The notes beneath the pieces were generated by a model. It was given only the letters and a program-made list of their open reading frames with translations. It was not told where the DNA came from and did no database searches. Made by a program: the position numbers and the translations under genes. Shown here piece after piece: positions 55,157 to 64,000 of a stretch of DNA of 64,000 bases. Location: NCBI RefSeq assembly GCF_009914755.1, contig NC_060927.1. The stretch is one strand, 5' to 3'. Positions within the stretch are counted from its first letter, which is position 1, and each line of letters opens with the position of its first letter. The stretch is from the human T2T-CHM13v2.0 reference genome, Homo sapiens.

Positions 55157-56292
55157 GATGCCTTCATTAACGATCTCATGTAGATTTTCTGGATAACTTC
55201 CTGCAGCTTGTCCATCAGCACTTACTGCTTCACTTTGCCTTGTTTTGTTATGGAGATGGCTCTTTTCTTAAACTCTATGAGCCAGCCACTTCTAGTTACC
55301 AATTTTTCTTCTGCAGCTTCCTCACTTCTCTCAGCTTTCACAGAATTGAAGAGAGGCAGGGCCTTGCTCCGGAATAGGCTTGGGCTTAAGGGAATATTAT
55401 GGCTGGTTTGATCTTCTATCCACACCATTAAAACTTCTTCCCTATCAGCAATAAGCCTGCTTTGCTTTCTTATCATTTGTGTATTTACTAGAACAGCACT
55501 TTTAATTTTTGTTAAGAACCTTTCCTATGCATTCACAACTTGGCTAGATATTTTGTGCAAGGAACCTAGCTTTGGGCCTATCTCAGCTTGTGACATGTCT
55601 TCCTCATTGAGCTTAATCATAACCAGCTTTTGACTAAAAGTGAGAGACATAGAGGCCATTATAGAATTATTAATTGGCCTAATTTCTATATCACTGGTCT
55701 CAGGAAATAGGAAAACCCAAAGAGAGGGATACAGATGGAAGAATGTTTTTCAATGAAACAGTCAGAACACACACAACATGTATCAATTAAATTCTTCATC
55801 TTATATGGACATGGATTGTGACATAACAGAACAATTACAACAGTAACATCAAAGATCACTGATCGCAGATTACCATACAGGTATAATAATAGTGAACAAG
55901 TTTGAAATATTGTGAGAATTACCAAAATGTGACATGGAGACATGAAGTGAGCTCATGCTGTTGGAAAAATAGCACTGATAGACTTGCTGGACGAAGGGTT
56001 GCTGCAAATCTTCTAATTGTAAAAGGTACAATATATGTGAAGCACAGTGAGATCTGATCCAATAAAACAAAGTATGCCTTCATGTGTTTTTCAAATAGTT
56101 TCTCCCAGTCTGTGGCTTGTCTTCTCATTCTCATTTTAGTGCCTTTCACAGAAAAGTTATTAATTTTAATGAAATGCAGCTTATCAATTATTTCATCATG
56201 ATTTGTGCCTTTGTGATGTATCTAAAAGGTCATCACTAAACCTAAGGTCATCTAGATTTTCTCCTACATTATCTTATAGGAGTTTTACAGTT

Positions 56293-56389
56293 TTGCATTT
56301 TATAATTATGTCTATAATCTATTTTGAGTTCATTTATATATATATATTGCATTTTATAATTATGTCTATAATCTATTTTGAGTTCATTT
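56293..56389 (+). repeat. Perfect 43-bp direct duplication with an 11-nt AT spacer
   Basis: 56293-56335 is identical to 56347-56389. Confidence 0.97.
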
Positions 56390-56609
56390 TTGTAAAGGGT
56401 GAAAGGTCTATGGGTAGATTCTTTTTTTTTTTTTTTTGCATGAGGATGTCCAGTTTTTCCAGCATCATTTGTTGAAAAGAATATTTTTGTTCCATTGTAT
56501 TTCCTTTGATTCTTCATCAAAAATCAGTTTATTTTGTTTATGTGGACGTGTATTTCTTTGTAGTCTTGTAGTCTTTGTTAAAAGTTTCTTTTGCAGATAT
56601 AACAAAGGC

Positions 56610-57405
56610 TGTGACAGGACATCAGTTACCTTTTCAGAATGAAAGGATTTATTTTTAAAGCTGCTTGGAGTGTTGCTGGTAGAGAACCTTCAGCTGTCAG
56701 CCTTTTTTGGGGTTGCACTCAGCAGCTTTGCACATGGACCTGAGCTTTTTCTGAGGTAACCCACATCCAAAGAATGATTAACACAGTGGTAATAAGAAAG
56801 CAGTCAGTTTTGCCCAACTCAAGATAATGATGAGGGGCCTGATGACTTAAAGATCCCTGAGGCCATGGTTAAGGCTTTTGCTGAGAAGGCATGGAAATGT
56901 GCTTTAATTTAGGCTGCCGTAATGAGAGACCATAGACTGAGTAGATTATAGAAAACAGAAATTTATTTATCATAGTTCTGGATGCTGTCAAATCCAATAT
57001 CAAGGTGCTGTCAGATTCATTGTCTGCTGGGGCCCATTTTCTAGTTCATGGATGGCAGGTCCTCTTGCTGGGTTCACACGTGGTGGAAGTGGGCTAGCTA
57101 GCTCTTGAGGGTCTCTTTTTTAAGGGTGAATCCCTTATAAAAGGGCTCTGCCCTCTTGACCTAATTGCCTCCCAAAGGCCCCTTCTTTCCAACATTATCA
57201 TCTTTGGGGCTAGAATTTCAGCATATCCATTTTGAGGGAACACAAACATTTCAACCATCGTTTTCTACCATTCAGACAGCTTCTCTCTGTGCTCAAATAT
57301 TTTTGTCTTCCTACCCTTCCATGTATGTTGATTGAAGGGCATTCCCTCATAAATTCCTGTGTTTTAATCTGTTTCAGAATCTGCTTCAGGAACCAAACCT
57401 GTGAG
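56610..57405 (+). mobile_element. LTR16-like ERVL LTR interrupted by a minus-strand MLT1A-like LTR (about 56898-57260)
   Basis: CTTCAGCTGTCAGCC; AGAATCTGCTTCAGGAACCAAACCT; inner AGGCTGCCGTAATGAGAGACCATAGACTG...GGAACACAAACATT. Confidence 0.65.
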
Positions 57406-58330
57406 GATTGGCTGAATCATGGTCTCAGTCCTTAATGGAATGCCACTGTTTATGGAAAATAATGTAATTAAAGGGACAAGGACTTTAGATACTTGAAGGT
57501 AGGTTTACTATGTTTTCAGACAGTTAAATTCAGGAAGTAAAAATGCATTTTGACCTGTATTTCTATGGTAACATTTTCTTGTCACTTTCTTATTTTGTTC
57601 ATTTATTCAGTCATTGCCAAATCTGTTTCCAAAGGATTTTGGTAATTTTCAAAACCCTTCTGCTGCTGAAATATACATTATTTAGAAACAATAGATTGGT
57701 GAAGAGGCTTGGAAGCATCCAAGTAAACCCGTAGTGCCTGAGGGAGCTGATAATCCACTTTACATCTTCAAAACTCCAAGAACTCAAAAGTAATTTTCAC
57801 GTTAAGATTCACTTATTTTAAATATCATCTTATGAGTTCAGCTTGAATAAACCATGACCAGTTTAAAGCTTCATATTTTTATAATTAGGGATTTCTAATT
57901 ACATTGTGATCTATATTTTTACCAATTAATATCTACATAGAAACCTCCTTAAATACAATTTTAAATATTTTATGGTCCTGATTTTGCTATAATTATTCCA
58001 AATCACAAATGTATTTTAAAATTCTGTCAAATCATTGTCTATTCTATAGAAAATTCTTGTTTCATCCCCCAAAATATCACTTCTTTCAATTTTAACTAAA
58101 TTAAATATAATTTCTGCTATCAGAAACTACAAATATTTTGGATCTATAATTTGTTTTATTTAGTCAGTTATGCTCATTCAAGAAAAAAGCAGTAATATAA
58201 TGAATGCATCTTTTCCTTCACCAAAGACATCATAAAATAATTAAGTTAGTAGTTAATTGAATAAACAGCTCTGTTAGTTATTTTAGGTATATATTCAGCT
58301 TATAGGTAAATATTAACTCATAGTACTGGT

Positions 58331-58680
58331 TGTGGTAGCCTTGAAAATATACTCTTCAGATTTCCTACAGCACAGTTCACTGACAGCTCCCACGACTACC
58401 CTTCCTGGATCTACCATGATGGTTATCCTAAAGTCATACTTTCCTTAGTAGTTTTTGGCTGATGACTGTGCAGGCCCATTCCTATAGGATGTGGGATTCC
58501 TGTAACAGAGGGCTTTGACTAGAGGACTCTTTATTGGCCTAGCCAATACTTTCTTAGTATTGAGCTATGGTCTGTCTTACTAACCTAGCCACCTTACCTC
58601 CCTGCTTCTTTTACACATTTTGACCTCAGGGTATAAAATCTCTTCCTGACTACTGCTTGTTTGATTTTACAGACATTTGC
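58331..58680 (+). mobile_element. LTR16-like LTR remnant
   Basis: TGACAGCTCCC...GGCCCATTCCTATAGGATGTGGGATTCC. Confidence 0.55.
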
Positions 58681-59560
58681 TGTTTATGTTAGTGCATTAG
58701 GCAGTGAAGAACACTCAGTCCTGATAGATCAGGAAACTACCTAGAAAATGTCCTTTGGGGAAAAAAGGCCATACTTGCCAAATCGAAATAGACTAAAGTT
58801 ATAGGCAAAATGATTTCATTTTTATAGTTCAAAGCCTTAGAAGTTTCCCAGTGTATTTTAAAAACTAAAGTAATTATTTTGTGTTATTTATGGTCCTTGA
58901 TTTTGTCTGCATTTATTCATAGTGTTTCTTTATAAGTTTTCTTATTAAAATGGTTCTTTATTAATTCTTGATACCATCCGTTGTCACTCATGTGTTGTCA
59001 ATATCTTTTTTGAGATTTTGTATTTTATTCCCATTTTCTTTTGGAGTCTTCTTGATAAGTGTTTCCCCACCAACTGGAGGTGGGCTTTAGTATATATATC
59101 TTAATCAAATTTTTAAAAAATATACAAAAAACAAACCACCACCACTGCAACACAAACCTTTAAGATTTTGTTTACAATTGCATTAAGACAATATATTAAT
59201 TTGAAGATAAGCTTTTAAAAATATTAGATCTTCCATTCAGGAATATAATATATGTCTTCATTAAAGTTCTTTTTTTGCTTCTCAATATGTATAAGTTACA
59301 TAACAAAAATAATTCAATCTGGTGTTTCTATAGCAAATCATGAATATAAGCAAACCTTTTAGAATTCTGAACCCAATTATTTTGCAACTAATTGTAATGC
59401 CAAATGAAATTATCAAATATGTATGAAGGCAAAGCAGATATATGTCAGGTATGTGGAATAACACCATGACATTTTCTGAAAAATTTGCTGGTGGGTGCGC
59501 TTGAGCATAACGAAAAGAAAATTTAAAAAGAATAAAACATATGAGTACAAAAATGAACCA

Positions 59561-59890
59561 GGGCCTACCACAGTGGCTCATGTCAGTAGTCCCAGCACTT
59601 TGGGAGGCTGAGGTGGAGTACAGCTTAAGGCCAAGAGTTCAAGACCAGCTGGTCAACAAAGTGAGACCCCTGTCTCTACAGAAATAAATAAATAAATAAA
59701 ATAAATAATAAAATTAGCAGAGTGTGGTAGCATACACCTGCAGTTCTAACTACTCAGGAGGCTGAGGTGAGAAGATTGCTTGACCCCAGGGGGTGGAAGT
59801 TACAGTGAGCTATGATCACACCACAGTACACTAGTTAGGGTGACAGTAAGACCCTTTCTCTACATAAAAACAAAAAACAAAAAAAACAAG
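59561..59890 (+). mobile_element. AluJ
   Basis: Diverged dimer; GAGTTCAAGACCAGC and CAGTGAGCTATGATCACACCAC; (TAAA)n linker. Confidence 0.9.
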
Positions 59891-60974
59891 AGAAATCAAA
59901 TAGTACAACCTGGGTAAAATGGGAAAAACATCTAAGGATTAAAATTAAATCTAAAACAAGTAAATTCAAGTTGATGCATTTAACCACTATTAATAAAATA
60001 TTATTGAAAGGGGATTCTATTTTCTCTCAACAAGGAGAAACGTTAATTAGAAATTGCATAAGACACAAAAGAGTTTATAGCACCATATTTTGAATGAAAG
60101 TGTATAAGCAATAATGAAGCTGAAAATGTCATCATCTGAGATTTAGGAGGAGTAGAAAGAAAAGATGTTGAGTAATTTAGTTGCACTAGTGTTTTTATCT
60201 TATTTAATGTGGATTCCAAATATTGTATTGTATGTAAGTAAGAGAAGAAAGAGAGGTGTTCACATTTAAAAAAAATTAAATATATCTAATAGAAGAATTG
60301 AATGTAATAAAAATATCCAACCCAGGAAAGAAAGTGGAAGGTAAGTTAAAATAGGAATAAGTTAAAGCAGTGCCTTCTAAATGTGTCCTCGGAAATTACA
60401 AAATGGGATAGATCTGCATTTTAGTTTTTAATATGTTTTGGTTTTAAAAGTGTCAAAATTTCAAAATAATGCTTTATGTAAATAGCACATAATAATACAG
60501 GGACGATGACTAAAATTTAACTTCTGGAGCTAGGTAAATTATTTTTTTAGACTTTGTAATGCTTCTCCTGCTTTCTTTATTCACATGTTTCTGCATATAC
60601 ATCCATTTAGTACATCAAGCATGAACATTTCCACGCATAGTAAACTGCATATATGATTATACTTCTATAGCACACAGGTTTCATGCTTGGTTAATGTCAG
60701 GAGCATGTGTTGGAGTCTGTACTGGGTACATATTCCTCCTGGCTTATGGTTCAGCAGAAAAGTGCAATACATGCCATCACCATTATACGATACTACTTAG
60801 AATTTTAGTGCTTTTTTTAAATTTAGGGTACTTTTTGAAATTATAAATATGATATGGACTTTTAGGTAATATTAGAAATTGCATAAGGCTCAATTTGTAA
60901 ATTCAAATTTTCTATTTTTTAAAGTTTATTAATAAATTGTAAATGTATCAAGTTTAAAAGATAATTTAAAAAGA

Positions 60975-61730
60975 TTAAAATAATTATATTGTTGTATACA
61001 TAATATATACAATGATGTTACAATATACATACACATAGTAAAATGGTTACTGTAGTAAATGAAAATATCTATCATCTCACATAGTTACCCATTTCCCCCT
61101 TTGTGGCAAGATCAGCTATAATCCACTCATTTAGCAAAAATCCTGAATATAATACATTATTTTTAACTACAATCCTTATGTTGTACATTACATTTTTTGA
61201 CTAGTTCATCCAATGTATTTGCTATGTTGTATCTTTTGCCCTACATCTCCCCATTTTCTCTCTCCTACCTAGACCCTGGTAATTACTGTTTTGGTTTCTA
61301 TCTCTATATATTTGACCTCTTTTTTGTTTTCTTTCAGATTCCAAATATAAGTGAGATCATGCAATATTATTATTTCTGTGTCTGGCTTATTTCATTTGGC
61401 ATAATGTCTTCTAGGTCTATCCATTTTGTGGCAAATGGCAGGAACTCCCCCTCCTCTTTCGTAAGGCCAAATAATATTTTATTAAACATAGATATAGATA
61501 CATGTACACATACATTGTAGTTTATTTATACATTCATCCATTGATAGACTTCTAGGTTGTTTCCATATTTTGACTATTGTAAATATTGCTGCAAGGAGCA
61601 TGGGAGTACATATATCTTTATAAGGTGATGATTTCATTTCCTTTGAATATATATTCAAAGGAGGGCTACTTGGCTCATAAGGTAATTCTATTTTTAATTT
61701 CTTTAAGCATCGGCATACTCTTTTCCATAA
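60975..61730 (-). mobile_element. L1MA 3' end with ORF2 C-terminal remnant
   Basis: Minus-strand LKKLKIELPYEPSSPPLNIYSKEMKS...KIWKQPR. Confidence 0.88.
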
Positions 61731-63669
61731 TGAATTCTTAAAACAGTAACATTTTGCCATTTGCTTTAATTCTCTTTGCCAGTCACAATACAAAGTAAAT
61801 GATAAAAATAAACTTAATGTTAAAATTTATAAGCATCCGTAAACCTCCAATTAAAATTTTTGGTGTGTTTATCAAAACAATATTTCAATTCTACATTATT
61901 AACTTATAATATGAGGGCTATAAATGTAATTCCTAAAATAAATTTATAATTTTCACATATATATAGATGTTGGACGTTTTATAGATTAATATGCAGATGA
62001 AATAATAAAGTTATAAAGAGCTTCAATGAATGGGTCAAACTGAAGAAAAGTACAAACTTCCAAGAGAATCGCAGGGAATGTTATGTACATCGACACAAGT
62101 ATATCTCTAGACAGAACTTGGAACTCTGTTTCTTATTTTAGAAGTATCTATAAAGTCCTTTATTGAGATATGTTAAGTCTATTGATTATATTTATGCTAC
62201 TGGAGATTATTTTAAATATATCTTTATTTTCATGAAGTCTACGTTCAGAGGCAATGTGGAAAGTTACTTGTATTATAGACAGGTAAGAAAAAACATATTT
62301 CTGCTAAATATACTTATTATGATCTATTCTAGAAGGCCAAGGGATACCAGGTGTCTGGAGCATGGCTGGGAACACATGGGGTTTGGAAAGGAGTGGGAGA
62401 AATTATGTGAGAATAAGCTGAAGACAAACATTTGTTATTTTGATAGTCAGAGATTCCATTTCTCTTTCCTTCCTGATGAACCTTTTGGTAAATTTAAAAT
62501 CAGACCAAGGATTCACAGGAGCTATATCAGTAATTTAGCTCACATACAATATGGGTTAGATGGAATTTTGTGGGAAGCAATTACTAAACATAACATTGCA
62601 TTGCACCTTCGGGAAAACAAGTTTAGAATCCCAACTAACAGACCTACGAATAAAATTTTTATAACAATATCTGTCTATAAACTAGGACTTATGCACCTAA
62701 CCAAAATAAATATTGCTTCTCCTGAAAGTAAGAGATGACTATTTTGAAGATTTTCTTTACATTTCTGGAATACTTCCATCTGTGTTTTGAAGCATGATAG
62801 ATTCCCTGAAGTGTTATGAGATAGTTCTTCTCTCAGGATAGTATGTTTAGTGTGGGTTGCTATTGTGGCAAAATAAATCACATCTGAATGTCCTGTGTTT
62901 AAAACTGCAATATCAAGGACTTGGGTTTGCTTTGTAGTCTATGACTCAGCCACACAGTAAAAAATTAATGTCTATTCATTATAATCTTCTTTAAAATAAT
63001 ATTTAAATGAAAAAGGAAGCCCGATTTTAATAACCTGTTAAGACTTAATCTTATAAACTTGAAATTTAATTATAAAGTAGAAGTATGAACTTTCTTTTTC
63101 TGTTACTTTTGCGTTAATTTTGAGAAGATGAGGAGTGTCTCATTTCAATTTTTGTTTTTGAGATATAGGATCTTATATTTAGGAAGGAGTGTAGACTCTG
63201 TCATACCAAGGGTGTGTTTAAATAAACCTCAGCTCATGAATGACTGATCTTAAGAATTAGAAAACATCTCTAGTGTGAGCAATTAGACCTACTTTTATTG
63301 TTAAGTTCTGGTTCAATAAGCATGAAATTCTAGGGAATGGATTGTGAGTTATAGCACTCCAGGGTCCTTACTTCATTGGCAACTTCTAATGTTTCTATAA
63401 TGAAACACCACTTTGATATTCAAAATTCTCCTTTGTTTAATGATCCCTGTAATGCATTTTGATGTTTCAATCACTCATGTGTTGGTTGAGCCCAGGTTTA
63501 GAAAATACTATCAATGTTGCCAACGATATTAAGGAAAAAAAAAAATCCAATGCAATGCACTATGCAAAGACAGATGAATAGATTGATGCAGAACTGGATA
63601 AATGTTGTATAAATAACTTGTTAATTTTAGCTGATATTCTGAGTAAAAGCATGCTTTCCTCTCCACTGA

Positions 63670-63960
63670 GGTTCTACATGGCCATGTGATACTTTCTGGG
63701 CTGTAATGTGTCACTTCTGAGTCAGCTATTTTGTCTTTGCTAGTCAATTATCTGGCCCTTTCTTTCCATACTGAAGTATTTGTGAAGCGTGTGTCAGAAT
63801 GTGGTCTGCGAACAGCCTTGTTTCATAAGTTATAACAATGAGCAGAGGCCTTCCCTGTCAACTCACACTGTGCCTGTAGAGTAAATAAGAAATAAACTTT
63901 TGTTGCTGAAGATGAGCCGGAATCTCATTGTAGCAAAATGTAGCCTATTCTGCTAATGCA
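63670..63960 (+). mobile_element. MLT1I/J-like LTR, 3' part
   Basis: AAGAAATAAACTTTTGTTG...TAGCCTATTCTGCTAATGCA. Confidence 0.6.
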
Positions 63961-64000
63961 AATAGAAAAATGGAAATGGATTTCTAGACAATTATTCGAT

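Noticed and set aside
62163-62738. 191-aa ORF in non-repeat-looking DNA
   Set aside because: Non-ATG start (TTG), composition typical of AT-rich non-coding DNA, no recognisable domain; likely chance
62941-62950. Isolated AP-1/ARE-like motifs (ATGACTCAGC here; TGAGTCA at 45165-45171)
   Set aside because: Single short motifs are expected by chance in 64 kb

Overview
AT-rich, gene-poor primate (human-like) genomic DNA made mostly of interspersed repeats: L1, L2, MIR, Alu, MaLR/ERV LTRs, Tigger/MER DNA transposons and microsatellites. I can support no cellular protein-coding exon or RNA gene. The recognisable ORFs are decayed L1 ORF2, Tigger1 transposase, THE1 internal sequence and HERV-H gag/pro/pol. 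The stand-out structure is a nested stack at 46.7-56.5 kb: an old L1M contains a full-length Tigger1, which contains an Alu and a HERV-H provirus (49522-55156). The provirus keeps a perfect 5-bp target-site duplication (GATGC) but is internally inverted. Its 3' LTR and 3' half lie on the minus strand; a U3-truncated 5' LTR, PBS-His, gag, pro and 5' pol lie on the plus strand. The halves are joined by a 137-bp inverted duplicate of pol carrying strand-biased C>T changes, and the right end is a pol heptamer (CCTGACA) identical to the LTR terminus. Also notable are a twin-primed L1PA, a diverged 130-150 bp direct repeat next to a motif-rich non-repeat segment (29.1-30.3 kb), an octamer cluster, recent perfect micro-duplications and AT palindromes. 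Repeat subfamily names are recalled from consensus sequences and need RepeatMasker/Dfam confirmation; boundaries of old repeats are approximate.
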